Assembly: GCA_938045545.1 (NCBI GenBank)
Contig: CALIBN010000010.1
Span: 1-64,000, forward strand
Source of the DNA: an uncultured archaeon
GTDB taxonomy: Archaea > Thermoproteota > EX4484-205 > JAAOZP01
DNA: 64,000 bases
Reading direction: 5' to 3'
Part shown: positions 29,821 to 39,904 of the stretch, piece after piece
Position numbering within the stretch: the first letter of the stretch is position 1
Layout: the number at the start of each line of letters is the position of its first letter
Made by a program: the position numbers and the translations under genes
The notes under the pieces: model-generated
The model's database searches: none
What the model saw: the letters and a program-made list of their open reading frames with translations, nothing else
What the model was told of the DNA's origin: nothing

Positions 29821-30373
29821 GCCTGCTCAGGAACCATGATGCAAATTTTCTTAACGCCCGAGCCCTGTGAGAAAACTTATTCTTCTCCTCAGTGCTCATC
29901 TCCGCGAAAGTCAGGTTAGAGCCGAAAGGTATGAAGAGGGGGTCATAACCGAACCCGCTTTTCCCGCGTGGCTCTGTTGCGATTGTCCCGTCGACTCTTC
30001 CTGTGAAGATTTTAACATCTTTGCCCGGCTCGCCGTATGCTAGGGCTGTCATGAAGTATGCTGATCTGTCTGCTGAGCCTGTTAGAAGCTTCAGTATTCC
30101 CTCGCAGCCTATCTTCCTGTAAACGTATGAGGAGTATACTCCCGGGAAGCCGTTCAGAGAGTTTACGAATAGCCCGGAGTCCTCGATTATGAAGCGTTCC
30201 CCTATTTTTTTCAAAGCCTCCTGGGCGCATTTCTCAGCAACCTCCTCCAGGGTTTCCGATTGGGGCTCGGTTATTTCAAGGTCAGCCTGTTCAAGCGTTA
30301 TCCCGAATTCCCTGAGCAGTTTCTGCGCCTCGAGGAATTTCCCAAGGTTTCCCGTTATGAAGACTAGCTTCAT
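29807..30373 (-). CDS. rdgB: XTP/dITP diphosphatase (Ham1)
   Basis: TGNLGK, EDSGL, GFPGVYS, GFGYDP, SHR. Confidence 0.95.
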   Translation of the reverse strand: MKLVFITGNLGKFLEAQKLLREFGITLEQADLEITEPQSETLEEVAEKCAQEALKKIGERFIIEDSGLFVNSLNGFPGVYSSYVYRKIGCEGILKLLTGSADRSAYFMTALAYGEPGKDVKIFTGRVDGTIATEPRGKSGFGYDPLFIPFGSNLTFAEMSTEEKNKFSHRARALRKFASWFLSRHEEK

Positions 30374-30436
30374 CAGCCATTTTCCCCTTTGAGACCTATT
30401 AAAGCTTAAAACTTCTCAGGAGGCGAGTATGCGGGT

Positions 30437-31645
30437 ATGGAGTATCAGGATGGTGAGGCTCTGGTGTGCATGGATTGCGGTGCAACCCATGAGCCTGAGG
30501 GAGGTTTACTCGTCTGCGGGAAATGCGGGGGGCTCTTGGAGGTTGCTTACCCTAGGAGTGTTTTCAGAAGCGTCTCGTTCAACGGCAGGGGTGTTTGGAG
30601 GTATAGGAGCATCCTCCCTAGGGTTGAGAGAACCGTCACTCTGGGCGAGGGGGATACTCCGCTGGTTAAGGTTGAAAGGCTTGGAGAATCCCTTGGTTTG
30701 AGAAACCTCTACGTAAAGTTTGAAGGGGCGAATCCAACTGGTTCTTTTAAAGACAGGGGTATGACTGTAGCCGTCAGCATTGCCCTCAAGTTCCATGCTA
30801 GGAGTGTGGCGTGTGCTTCAACAGGAAATACTTCAGCATCAATGTCGGCCTACGCTGCAAGGGCTGGCTTAAGGAGCATCGTCTTCCTTCCAGACGGATA
30901 TGTTGCCCCGGGGAAGCTTCTCCAGGCTGTTGCCCATGGGTCCACGATAGTCAGGGTCAGGGGGAACTTTGACGAAGCCTTGAAAACGCTTCTCTCGCAC
31001 CGGGAGGAGCTCGGTGTTTACGTTTTAAACTCCGTGAACCCGTATAGGGTTGAAGGTCAGAAGACAGTTGCCTTCGAAATATGGGAGGGCCTTAACCGTA
31101 CTCCTGATTTCGTCGTGTACCCTGTTGGAAACGCGGCCAACATATCCTCAGGCTGGAAGGGTTTTAAAGAGCTGGTTGAAGCTGGGCTGGCTGATTCCAA
31201 GCCGAGGATGATAGGGGTTCAGGCTGAGGGAGCCGCCCCAATAGCAAAGGCCTTCCTCCGGGGAGAGGAAGCCATAGAGACTGTTGAGAAGCCCGAGACT
31301 GTTGCGACAGCAATAAGGATCGGTAGGCCGTTTTCCTGGAAGAGAGCGCTCAAAGCGTTAAGAGATTCGCGGGGGACAGCGGTTACGGTTAGCGACGGGG
31401 AAATATTGAGGGCTCAGGTAGACCTCGCTAGGATGGAGGGCTTGTTCGCTGAGCCGGCTGGAGCAGCCCCGGTGGCGGGCCTAGCTAGGCTTTCTAAACA
31501 AGGGTTCTTCAAAGGTGATGAAACGATCGTCGCCGTGGTTACGGGACACGGCTTGAAGGATCCTAGTGTAAACATAGAGCCCTATGCTGAGCTCATAATC
31601 CACCCTGGTGAAAACCCTGCGGAGGCTTTGAGGAAACTGCTATGA
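30437..31645 (+). CDS. thrC: threonine synthase
   Basis: NPTGSFKDRG, ASTGNTSAS, TGHGLKD. Confidence 0.95.
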   Translation: MEYQDGEALVCMDCGATHEPEGGLLVCGKCGGLLEVAYPRSVFRSVSFNGRGVWRYRSILPRVERTVTLGEGDTPLVKVERLGESLGLRNLYVKFEGANPTGSFKDRGMTVAVSIALKFHARSVACASTGNTSASMSAYAARAGLRSIVFLPDGYVAPGKLLQAVAHGSTIVRVRGNFDEALKTLLSHREELGVYVLNSVNPYRVEGQKTVAFEIWEGLNRTPDFVVYPVGNAANISSGWKGFKELVEAGLADSKPRMIGVQAEGAAPIAKAFLRGEEAIETVEKPETVATAIRIGRPFSWKRALKALRDSRGTAVTVSDGEILRAQVDLARMEGLFAEPAGAAPVAGLARLSKQGFFKGDETIVAVVTGHGLKDPSVNIEPYAELIIHPGENPAEALRKLL

Positions 31646-32652
31646 GGATCCTTCTGATAGGCTTTGGTAACGTTGGAAGAGCCTTCCTCCAGCTGATGGA
31701 GGAGGAGAGGAGGAGGTTCAGGAGGCTTGGAACGGACCCGAGGGTCGTTGGAATAGTGGACAGGGGTGGGGCGACGCTCTCTGAAAACGGTGTTAAGGCT
31801 AGCAGCCTCTTAACGGTCAAGATGAAGAGGGGCTCAGTAGCCTATTCTGAGCAGGGGGGTTTCCCAAGCATGGATGCGGTGGAGGCGATAAGTGTTGCCC
31901 AGCCCCATGTGACTGTTGAAGCAACCCCAACTAGCAGGGGGGGCTCAGGACCTGCTTTAAGACACATTCTTAAGGCTCTCGAACACGGTTCCCACGTTGT
32001 CTCGGCCAACAAGGCTCCTTTCGCATACGATTACGACACCGTTATGAAGACAGCGTTGTCCCGAGGAAGGATAGTGAAGTATAGTGCAACAGTCGGGGGT
32101 GGGCTGCCTGTTTTGAAAACGCTTAAAACGCTCACCGTCGGGGATTTTGTTGAAAGCTTCAGGGGGATTCTAAACGCGACCTCAAATTATATTCTCACAT
32201 TAATGGAGGAGGGGAGGAGCTACGAGGAGGCTTTGAGGCTAGCGCGTGAAATAGGTATTGCTGAGGCCGACCCGACTATGGATGTATCCGGGATGGATAC
32301 CGCCTACAAGATAACCATAATAGCTAACACTATTGAGGGGGGTCACAGGGTTGACGAGGTCGAGTTGAAAGGCATAGAAGACGTTGGACCAAAAGACTTG
32401 CGTGAAGCTGCTTTAAACGGGTATTCAATAAGGCTCGTCGGAGAGTTCACTGAGAAAGGAGGGCTTAGGGTAGGTCCTTCAAAGCTTAAGAGGGGGAGTG
32501 TGCTTGATGTGAGCGGGACGCTGAACGCGGTGGAGTTCAGAATGAAGAAGGCTGGACCGGTTTACCTGCTTGGGAGAGGCGCTGGACCGTTTGAAACAGC
32601 CGCCGCAATAATTAGAGATATTTTCGAAATACTGGAGGAGGAGAAGCGTTGA
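31642..32652 (+). CDS. hom: homoserine dehydrogenase
   Basis: GFGNVG, ANK, ATVGGGLP, GILNAT, EADP..D. Confidence 0.95.
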   Translation: MRILLIGFGNVGRAFLQLMEEERRRFRRLGTDPRVVGIVDRGGATLSENGVKASSLLTVKMKRGSVAYSEQGGFPSMDAVEAISVAQPHVTVEATPTSRGGSGPALRHILKALEHGSHVVSANKAPFAYDYDTVMKTALSRGRIVKYSATVGGGLPVLKTLKTLTVGDFVESFRGILNATSNYILTLMEEGRSYEEALRLAREIGIAEADPTMDVSGMDTAYKITIIANTIEGGHRVDEVELKGIEDVGPKDLREAALNGYSIRLVGEFTEKGGLRVGPSKLKRGSVLDVSGTLNAVEFRMKKAGPVYLLGRGAGPFETAAAIIRDIFEILEEEKR

Positions 32653-34001
32653 TAATTGTAAACCTTAACCTTGAGAACACGGGGCTCGAATTGAAATGGC
32701 TCTGCGAGAAGCTTGCTGAAAAAGCTTCGCAGGAATTATTGATCATAGTTGAGCCACGCGAGGAGATCCTTAGGGTTTTAACCGAGGCTGCTGCTTCACG
32801 CATGAGCGAGGAGGAGGCTTTAGCAAAGCTAGCCGGCGAGCTTAACGACCTGGTGAAAGGGATTCCCGGAGACCTTAGGATAAGCGTTGAAGCCGAGCTT
32901 GTTGAAAGCTTGAACAGGATCGTTGAATACCTGCATGCTGAGAAGAAGGCTGGCGGTGCAACGCCTAGGGGGCTACCCGTAATGCTAAACCTGCTCGGAA
33001 ACACTGTTGCCAAAGTCGTTTCAAGCCATTTTAACGCGCTTGGCGTCGACGCTAAATGGGTTACAGCCGGACAGGCTGGATTCACGCTCGTAGAGGACTA
33101 TGAACCGCCTTGGAGCCATTACGTGAGCCTTGTTAACCCGGATAAGTTGAAAAGCGTTTCAAAAGGGGTTCTCATAGTTTCCGGAAGGTCTTGCGTCGAC
33201 CCTGAAGGCGGCGAAGCCTCGCTTAAAAAAGGGATGGGTAGCGTAGTGTCAATACTTGCTGCCAGCGAGCTGAGAATTGGAGAGGTTTATGTCCCTAAGG
33301 CTAACGGCGGCGTCTACACAGCCGACCCCTGGACTACGGACAAGGCAAGAATCGTCCCCAGCCTATCCTACTCTGAGGCACTGGAGCTTTCAAGGCTTGG
33401 AGAATGGGTTGTAAGCCCCCAGGCTGTTGAGCTTGCTGAGGAGCTGGGAGTAAGAATAATAGTTTCAAGCATACAGGATCCTTTCAAAGAATGCACGACG
33501 ATAGGCTTTGAGAAGGCTGTTGAGAAACAGATAGTTAAGGCTGTAGCGATGATACCGGGCATGAGTATTTTAACTGTGGAGGGGGCGGCTATGGCTGGGA
33601 CCCCGGGCGTGGCTTCAGCCATACTTGGAGAGGTTGCGAAAAGAGGAGTAAGCGTATCCATGATAAGCCAGGATGCTTCAGAAATCGGCATAACCATGCT
33701 CGTCAAAGACAAGGATTTAGATATGGCTTTGAAAGGCTTGAGGGAGGGATTCAGCAGACAGAGGCTTATTAAAAGGATTAGGATGCAGAGGGGTGTTGCA
33801 GTAATATCCGCCGTCGGGGAGGGCATGAGGGGAACGAGGGGTGTTGCAGCCAGAATATTCTCTGCTGTCGCCGAAGCAGGGGTTAATGTTCTAGCCATTG
33901 CTCAAGGCTCGTCTGAGACAAGCATATCTTTCGCAGTGTCTATGGAGGACGCTGAGAAAGCTGTTAAAGCGGTTCACGACAAGGTTATAGTTGGAGTTTA
34001 G
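32649..34001 (+). CDS. aspartate-kinase-like protein with degenerate kinase domain and intact ACT domains
   Basis: GVYTADP, SYSEALEL, two ACT repeats; KFGG and RGGSD absent. Confidence 0.8.
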   Translation: MIIVNLNLENTGLELKWLCEKLAEKASQELLIIVEPREEILRVLTEAAASRMSEEEALAKLAGELNDLVKGIPGDLRISVEAELVESLNRIVEYLHAEKKAGGATPRGLPVMLNLLGNTVAKVVSSHFNALGVDAKWVTAGQAGFTLVEDYEPPWSHYVSLVNPDKLKSVSKGVLIVSGRSCVDPEGGEASLKKGMGSVVSILAASELRIGEVYVPKANGGVYTADPWTTDKARIVPSLSYSEALELSRLGEWVVSPQAVELAEELGVRIIVSSIQDPFKECTTIGFEKAVEKQIVKAVAMIPGMSILTVEGAAMAGTPGVASAILGEVAKRGVSVSMISQDASEIGITMLVKDKDLDMALKGLREGFSRQRLIKRIRMQRGVAVISAVGEGMRGTRGVAARIFSAVAEAGVNVLAIAQGSSETSISFAVSMEDAEKAVKAVHDKVIVGV

Positions 34002-34044
34002 CCTTCTCCGCGGACAACATCAGGTTTAAGCATCTACGTTCTCC

Positions 34045-34722
34045 CTATTTTTTTCCGCTTGAGGCGCGGCGTCTAAGCTCTTTCTCAACATACCTGCCCC
34101 TGCTTCCTATCTCTCTAAGCCTCTCCTCAACCCTTGCGGCGGATTCTCCAGCCGAAGCCCTGTAGCCTTCGAGGAAAAGCTTCATCAGTTTTTCAGAATC
34201 CTGAAGAGGGGTCAGACTTGAGAAAAGCGTGTAAACATCCTCAGCCTTCTTCTCAACCTCGTTTGAAAACTCTCCGAGGCCGAAATCTATCAGTGTCAGC
34301 CTGGTCTCTGAGACTAGCACGTTTGAAAACGTTAAGTCGCCATGAACAATCCCTGCGGAGTGAAGCCTTCCAACCGCATCCCCAAGCATATGGATTAGGG
34401 TTGCAAAAATGCTTGAGCTCTGCATGCTCCTTAGACTCTGGCTTCCAGCATAGCTCATTATTATCCAACCCTCGACAGGGTTCACATGGTAGACGAAAGG
34501 AGTGTTCACTCCAGCCTTCTTAGCCGAGCTCAGGAGCGATGCTTCTCTAACTGTTCTCGAACGCCTTATAAAATCGTCGAGCTCCCTAACCCTGTAGCCC
34601 TTAGAAAGCCTGGTTTTCACAACAACCTCTCTGCCGAGCCATTTGCAGAGGTCTACAATTGCCTCTGCACCTTGGTAGAGGGTTTTAATTCGAGTACAAC
34701 CCTGGGGGAGGAGACTTAACAT
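34045..34722 (-). CDS. bud32: KEOPS kinase Bud32
   Basis: QGAEA, HGDLT.SN, IDFGL, RGRY. Confidence 0.93.
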   Translation of the reverse strand: MLSLLPQGCTRIKTLYQGAEAIVDLCKWLGREVVVKTRLSKGYRVRELDDFIRRSRTVREASLLSSAKKAGVNTPFVYHVNPVEGWIIMSYAGSQSLRSMQSSSIFATLIHMLGDAVGRLHSAGIVHGDLTFSNVLVSETRLTLIDFGLGEFSNEVEKKAEDVYTLFSSLTPLQDSEKLMKLFLEGYRASAGESAARVEERLREIGSRGRYVEKELRRRASSGKK

Positions 34723-35686
34723 CACTAAGCCTCCATCTCGGTTTAACAAAAGACTCTTCAACCCTGAGGGACTCTCCCAGCCTGTACTGCACGATTCCTT
34801 CCCAAGCAATCATGACGCCGTTGTCAGCGTAATATTCAACAGGATAATCTAGGAATACAGCTTTTCTCTCCCTACACATTTGCCCAGCCATCTCCCTAAG
34901 CCTCCGGTTGGCGCCCACGCCACCGGCTATTATGAACTCGTTGAGTCCAAGCATCGCCATAGCCCTCTCCGAAACCTCTATCAGCATTGAGAAAGCGGTT
35001 TCCTGAAGCGAGAAGCAGAGATCTTCAACCGGCTCCTTTCCAACGAGGCTTTCAAGCATGGTGAGCATTCCAGAGAACGACACGTTCATGCCTTTAACAC
35101 TGTAAGGCAGCTTTATCAGCCTGCTCGACTTTGAAGCCAGCTCCATAACTCTCGGACCACCTGGGAACCCGAGGCCGGCTTTCCTAGCAAAAGCGTCGAT
35201 AAGGTTTCCAACAGCAATGTCCTCAGTCTCCCCGAGAACCACATATCTTCCCTCAGAAGTATGAATAACCTGCGTGTTCCCTCCGGAAACATAGAGTGCA
35301 ACCGGGTTAGCAGCCTTTGTTAAAACCCTCGCGATCTCTACGTGTGCAGCAGCATGGTTAACCCCCACTAGAGGTTTTCCAAGCTTCATAGCAATCATTC
35401 TTGCTAGGGCGGCTCCAACCCTTAAACACGGCCCCAAGCCTGGGCCGCGTGAAAAGGAAACCAGGTCTATGTCTTCAACACTGATTTTAGACAAAGCCTC
35501 CTGAAGAGCACTAGATGCGTTCTGAAGATGATGCTTCGCAGCTTCGCTCGGATGTATTCCGCCTGACGAAGGCCGGTAAACCCTGCGAACGTCGCAAAGA
35601 GCCTCGAAAGGAGGATGCTTCACGACACCTATGCCGAAAGTGTGGGCAGTGGATTCAACGCCGATGCACGTGAGACGCTCCTCCAC
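34685..35686 (-). CDS. kae1: t6A synthase Kae1/TsaD
   Basis: ESTAHTFG, NHAAAHVE, VSGGNTQ, DNGVMIA. Confidence 0.95.
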   Translation of the reverse strand: MEERLTCIGVESTAHTFGIGVVKHPPFEALCDVRRVYRPSSGGIHPSEAAKHHLQNASSALQEALSKISVEDIDLVSFSRGPGLGPCLRVGAALARMIAMKLGKPLVGVNHAAAHVEIARVLTKAANPVALYVSGGNTQVIHTSEGRYVVLGETEDIAVGNLIDAFARKAGLGFPGGPRVMELASKSSRLIKLPYSVKGMNVSFSGMLTMLESLVGKEPVEDLCFSLQETAFSMLIEVSERAMAMLGLNEFIIAGGVGANRRLREMAGQMCRERKAVFLDYPVEYYADNGVMIAWEGIVQYRLGESLRVEESFVKPRWRLSDVKSPPPGLYSN

Positions 35687-35703
35687 AGGCTAGACGCTCC
35701 CCC

Positions 35704-35865
35704 TCATCTTTGGAACTCGGTGTAGTTGCACGCGCCGCAGTGCCACCTGGGCTTTCCCTCCTTGTGGAACGCCATAACCCTGCCACACCTGGGGCACTTC
35801 CTATTCCTAAGCCTCACTGATGCCTTGCTCGCGTCAACCTCGTAGTATTTCACAGTGTCCTTCAT
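35704..35865 (-). CDS. rps27ae: ribosomal protein eS31 (S27ae)
   Basis: Not in the ORF track; translates [10 protein letters not shown]...[12 protein letters not shown]...[11 protein letters not shown]. Confidence 0.92.
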   Translation of the reverse strand: MKDTVKYYEVDASKASVRLRNRKCPRCGRVMAFHKEGKPRWHCGACNYTEFQR

Positions 35866-36221
35866 CTCTTACCACCGGCTGCCTTAGCCTTCATCTCCAT
35901 CCTCATCTTCTTAATCTCCTCTTTCCTGCGCCTCTTCTCCTCCGGAGGCAGGTTTGCAACCCTGACGTGCATCGGTTCGATCCTAGCGTACTCCGGTGAA
36001 AAATAGATATGTGCCTCGCCGATCGATGATTGTCTCCCTGAAACGCTTTTAAGACTCCTAACGTAGACTGCTTCAAGGGATGCCCTTTTTAAGGCTGAAA
36101 CAGCCTCCCTGGCTTCAGCCATTGTGGGAGTCTTACCCCCGGGGTGCGGGATCTCGAACACTATCTCCACCCTCTTTAAAAGAGGATTGTCAACCTCTTT
36201 AAGTATCCTGATCTCCGTCAT
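35862..36221 (-). CDS. rps24e: ribosomal protein eS24
   Basis: [13 protein letters not shown]; conserved gene order. Confidence 0.9.
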   Translation of the reverse strand: MTEIRILKEVDNPLLKRVEIVFEIPHPGGKTPTMAEAREAVSALKRASLEAVYVRSLKSVSGRQSSIGEAHIYFSPEYARIEPMHVRVANLPPEEKRRRKEEIKKMRMEMKAKAAGGKR

Positions 36222-36410
36222 TTGACTGTGCTTCACTAGGGTGGTCAGGCTTTAAACATTACTGTAGACTGCACGAGCAGTGTTAGGAGTGGAAACCCTA
36301 TGGAAGCCGGGAAAATGCAAGCCCCCGCATGCGTTAACAAGGCTTGGAGCACAGTGTCTTAACGGCAGCCGGCTATACGCAGGATTAGCTACAACACTGT
36401 TAGAGCAAGG

Positions 36411-36908
36411 CTAGCCACATGTTTTCATCGTTCCAACGATTTCCAAGACCGTTTTTTTAGAAGACTCGTTGACCTCTATCGCTACCACGCCCTCTCCCGG
36501 CTGCCCGTATACTACGATGGAGCCGTGGGGTGCTGTTTCTACAGCTACGAGCGTAAGAAGATCCTCCTCGCCTTCAACAAGTATAGTCGATGGCTGTGAG
36601 TCGAGAGCCTGTTTAAAGACCTTCCAAGATTCCTTAGATATTGTCCCCGGTGGATTGACCAGTCTTAAAACCATCCTCCCCTGCTGGAAGCGCTCAACAC
36701 TATGGGTGTATGCCCGCAGGGTTTTCCCGTCAACCACGCAGACACCCGGTTTGAAACCCATGTCTAAGAGGCGTTGTGAAACAACGTCACCGACAGAGAT
36801 TACAATTCCGCTGAACCCTTTTAACATCTTTCTCAACCCTTCTGTATCGAGCAGAGCACCCAGCGGCCTTTTAACGATCCTTCTAGTTTCCTCCGAAGCT
36901 TTTAACAC
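36411..36908 (-). CDS. GTP-dependent dephospho-CoA kinase (DUF359)
   Basis: VGDVV, VDGKT.R, NPPG, GEEDLL, YGQP.EG. Confidence 0.9.
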   Translation of the reverse strand: MLKASEETRRIVKRPLGALLDTEGLRKMLKGFSGIVISVGDVVSQRLLDMGFKPGVCVVDGKTLRAYTHSVERFQQGRMVLRLVNPPGTISKESWKVFKQALDSQPSTILVEGEEDLLTLVAVETAPHGSIVVYGQPGEGVVAIEVNESSKKTVLEIVGTMKTCG

Positions 36909-36910
36909 GC

Positions 36911-37096
36911 TTATCTCAGCCTCACCGCGTACCTTCCAGGAACCCTTGCCCCAATGAGTTTAGCTATTGAAGAAGCCTCAGGGTTGAAAACCAGGACTTC
37001 GCCGCTCCACTCCTGCGTGAACTCCTCACCGCCACAGTTTGGACACTTAGGCGAATCACTTATCATTTTACAGTTTAAACACGCTTTGAGGGGCAT
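36911..37096 (-). CDS. spt4: transcription elongation factor Spt4 (RpoE'')
   Basis: ACLNC...CPNCG, W.G, PGRYA. Confidence 0.93.
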   Translation of the reverse strand: MPLKACLNCKMISDSPKCPNCGGEEFTQEWSGEVLVFNPEASSIAKLIGARVPGRYAVRLR

Positions 37097-37677
37097 TAAG
37101 CCTTAGCCTCCTGCTTAGGCTTCTCCCCAGCCAGCTTCCTAATGTCCTCCTCAATCCACTCGCTCTTCCCTAGGAATGGCTGTCTGGCGGTTAGCCCAAT
37201 CTTGTCAGTCATGGCTCCCCTGCCTATTGACACTGCGGCTACCCTAGCCCTAACCCAATCGTTTTTCTGAATTATCCTCTTGGTCTGTCTACCCACCAAG
37301 ATCCCCTGGGAACTGTTGTAATCCATGTAGTCATCGGTTATCTGGCTCACATGCATCAAAGCGTCGGTCGTAACAAGCCTCACGAAGACTCCGAACTCCT
37401 CTACCTCAACAACCCTTCCTTCAACAACCTCGTTAACCTCAGGATAGTAGGAGAGCACCTTCACCTTAACCTTGTGGTAACTATGGCCGTCTCCGGGGGA
37501 TATCTGGCCCACTGGGTTGAACTCATAGTCAACGAGGAGAATTATGTAGCCGATTCCCTCTATAACCATACCTTCATATCTGTCTTTAAGAACGTTCTTG
37601 AAAATCTCGGCCACGGGATCCCCGAGCCTGGAGGGGGGAACCTTAACCACGTCTTCAAGCTCGATTATCTTGAATAA
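37096..37677 (-). CDS. rpo7: RNA polymerase subunit Rpo7 (RpoE'), apparent TTA start
   Basis: (L)FKIIELEDVVKVPP, S1 domain, KIGLT.RQP.LGK. Confidence 0.93.
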   Translation of the reverse strand, partial: LFKIIELEDVVKVPPSRLGDPVAEIFKNVLKDRYEGMVIEGIGYIILLVDYEFNPVGQISPGDGHSYHKVKVKVLSYYPEVNEVVEGRVVEVEEFGVFVRLVTTDALMHVSQITDDYMDYNSSQGILVGRQTKRIIQKNDWVRARVAAVSIGRGAMTDKIGLTARQPFLGKSEWIEEDIRKLAGEKPKQEAKA

Positions 37678-37683
37678 CCCTCA

Positions 37684-38070
37684 TCACCTCTTTTCGAACC
37701 ATCCTTTCCCCACTATCCTTCTTCCCCCGGAAGGATAGAAAACAGGTATACCCAAGGTCCTAAGCCTCCTGCTTAAAGTTCTGTCGCCTGTTGCCACAGC
37801 CGCTTTATAAGTTTTTGCAAGGTAGACGAGTGCATCGTCGCAACCCATCCCAGTTGGAAGCAGGATTCTGAAACCGCTTGCAACAGATAGGGCTAGCCTA
37901 GCCATACCTGAAACCTTAGGTCCATCCGTGCTTAGTCTTCTAAGCTCCACAAGCGTTTCGAAAGGCACTAGAAACAGCACCCTACCTTGGGTTAAACCAG
38001 TTATCCCGTTTACGAAATCGATCCCTGTTTCGAAGGGAGCCAGCAGGGCGCTGGAGTCCAGGAGCACCAT
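37684..38070 (-). CDS. PIN-domain protein (Fcf1/Utp24-like)
   Basis: LLDSS, EL..L, DD, VATGD..L; conserved position after aIF2-gamma. Confidence 0.8.
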   Translation of the reverse strand: MVLLDSSALLAPFETGIDFVNGITGLTQGRVLFLVPFETLVELRRLSTDGPKVSGMARLALSVASGFRILLPTGMGCDDALVYLAKTYKAAVATGDRTLSRRLRTLGIPVFYPSGGRRIVGKGWFEKR

Positions 38071-39365
38071 CAACCAACAAGCACACCGTGGCCAATAAGC
38101 CTCCAACGCCTCTCTACAAGCCTGCTTACAGCAACCCTCTGACCCTTCTCGGCGCAAACAGGCATCTTAAGGCTCAGGGTGATCCTGTTATCCTTCACGT
38201 CCTTCACTACGGCCTGTGTTAAAGCTGAACCAACATTAATGTTTAAAACTTCCCCAACCCGGATGGGCTCCGCCTTCACAAGGCCCCTAACGCCCACAAC
38301 TCTTTCAAACATGCTGTACTCTAGAGTAATGCTTCGTGTAACGGGCGGTAACGTGCCAGGCTTGCCGGCAAGGTTTCCAACCAGCATGTCGTTCTTAGTT
38401 AGAGAAGGATCGAGGGTTGTTCCGATCCCTACGAGGCCACCGCTTCTAACACTTTCGACAAAAACGTTGTCGAAGCCCACTGAAACCACCTCGGCAATAA
38501 GCGGTATGGTTTCAACAGTATCATCCTTCTTAACCCTGAGGCCGGGCAGTATTTCAATCTCGTCGCCAACCCTTATCTCCCCCCTGATAATCGAGCCGCC
38601 CAGTATTCCGCCGCGCATATCCCTGACTGGAGTGCCAGGCCTGTTAACGTCGAAAGACCTTATAACGATCATCCTCGGCGGAGAGCCGAGGTCGAAAACC
38701 GGTGTCGGAACCTCTTTCTGAATAACGTAGAGCAGCACGTCTACGTTAACCTTGTGCTGCGCGGACATAGGTATTATGGTAGCGTTGGCAAACGTTGTTT
38801 CAGAAAGAAAACTCTTAATCTCCTCTAGGTTTTTCAACGCCCTCTCCCTTGAAACTATGTCGATCTTATTCTGGACGACGATCAGCCTCTTAATGCCCAT
38901 TATCTCAGCAGCCAGGAGATGCTCATAGGTCTGGGGTTGCGGGCAAACCTCATCCGCGCCGATCACCAGTATCGCGGCATCCATTACGGCTGCGCCGCTC
39001 AGCATGGTTGTCATAAGTATCTCGTGACCAGGCGAGTCCACGAAGCTTATCTTCCTCTGGAAGACAGCCTCGGAGCCACATGAGCATCTTGGGGTTGTCA
39101 CAAAGTTGTATGGCGGTGGACACTTCGGACATTGGAAAACGCTGAAGTTAGCGTAGCCAAGCTTTATTGTTATACCTCTTTTCAGCTCATCACTGTGTTT
39201 AGCGGTCCAGACACCGGTAATGGCTTGGACGAGAGTGGTCTTCCCATGATCCACATGACCCAGAGTTCCTAAATTCAGACATGGTTGAATACGTTTATAA
39301 TTATCTATTTCTATACCAGAACCGTGAACGACCGTCATTCTCGCGGACTCGGCTGGCTGCGACAT
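38070..39365 (-). CDS. eif2g: translation initiation factor aIF2 gamma
   Basis: GHVDHGKTT, RGITIKLGY, DSPGH, NKID, WRLIG. Confidence 0.97.
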   Translation of the reverse strand: MSQPAESARMTVVHGSGIEIDNYKRIQPCLNLGTLGHVDHGKTTLVQAITGVWTAKHSDELKRGITIKLGYANFSVFQCPKCPPPYNFVTTPRCSCGSEAVFQRKISFVDSPGHEILMTTMLSGAAVMDAAILVIGADEVCPQPQTYEHLLAAEIMGIKRLIVVQNKIDIVSRERALKNLEEIKSFLSETTFANATIIPMSAQHKVNVDVLLYVIQKEVPTPVFDLGSPPRMIVIRSFDVNRPGTPVRDMRGGILGGSIIRGEIRVGDEIEILPGLRVKKDDTVETIPLIAEVVSVGFDNVFVESVRSGGLVGIGTTLDPSLTKNDMLVGNLAGKPGTLPPVTRSITLEYSMFERVVGVRGLVKAEPIRVGEVLNINVGSALTQAVVKDVKDNRITLSLKMPVCAEKGQRVAVSRLVERRWRLIGHGVLVG

Positions 39366-39457
39366 ATTTCTAACTCACTGTAGACGGTGCAGGCCTATTT
39401 ATAATCTTTAAAGACGAATTTCCACACGGGTCTTGGTACGCTTATAATCCTCGCTTT

Positions 39458-39802
39458 TCAAGCGTCCCCTGTGATTATCTTCATGTTAATCTGGTAGATC
39501 TCTTCGGAAATCTGGTTTCCCCTAACCAGCATTTTCCTCCTTGTTTCGCCGACGACCGTCTTCCTCTTAACCCAGATCTCCTTTTTAACACCGCCTTGGA
39601 CAGAGGGGACCATCGGTATGCCGGACCTATCCGACCCCCCTGTTATCATCAGCTTAACCCCAGGCTTACCGGCGAGAGAACCGTCTACAATACTCCCTAT
39701 CTTTAAGCCGAGCAGGGGGACAGCGTTGCTCCCCTCCAGCTTAACAGACTCTGTTTTACCGCTCTTAGGGTCGGAGATGCATAGCTTGAATTCAGGCGGC
39801 AT
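39458..39802 (-). CDS. rps6e: ribosomal protein eS6
   Basis: ISDP..G, ITGGSD.SG.PM, VRG..I...I.QIN. Confidence 0.95.
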   Translation of the reverse strand: MPPEFKLCISDPKSGKTESVKLEGSNAVPLLGLKIGSIVDGSLAGKPGVKLMITGGSDRSGIPMVPSVQGGVKKEIWVKRKTVVGETRRKMLVRGNQISEEIYQINMKIITGDA

Positions 39803-39904
39803 GTAGCAGTATGTTTGTTAAACCAGTATTAAAACATTACCTAAGGCTGGAGGCCTATAAGGTTTAAAAACACGTTTAAGTATAAACTTGTCAGGGTTTT
39901 GAAG

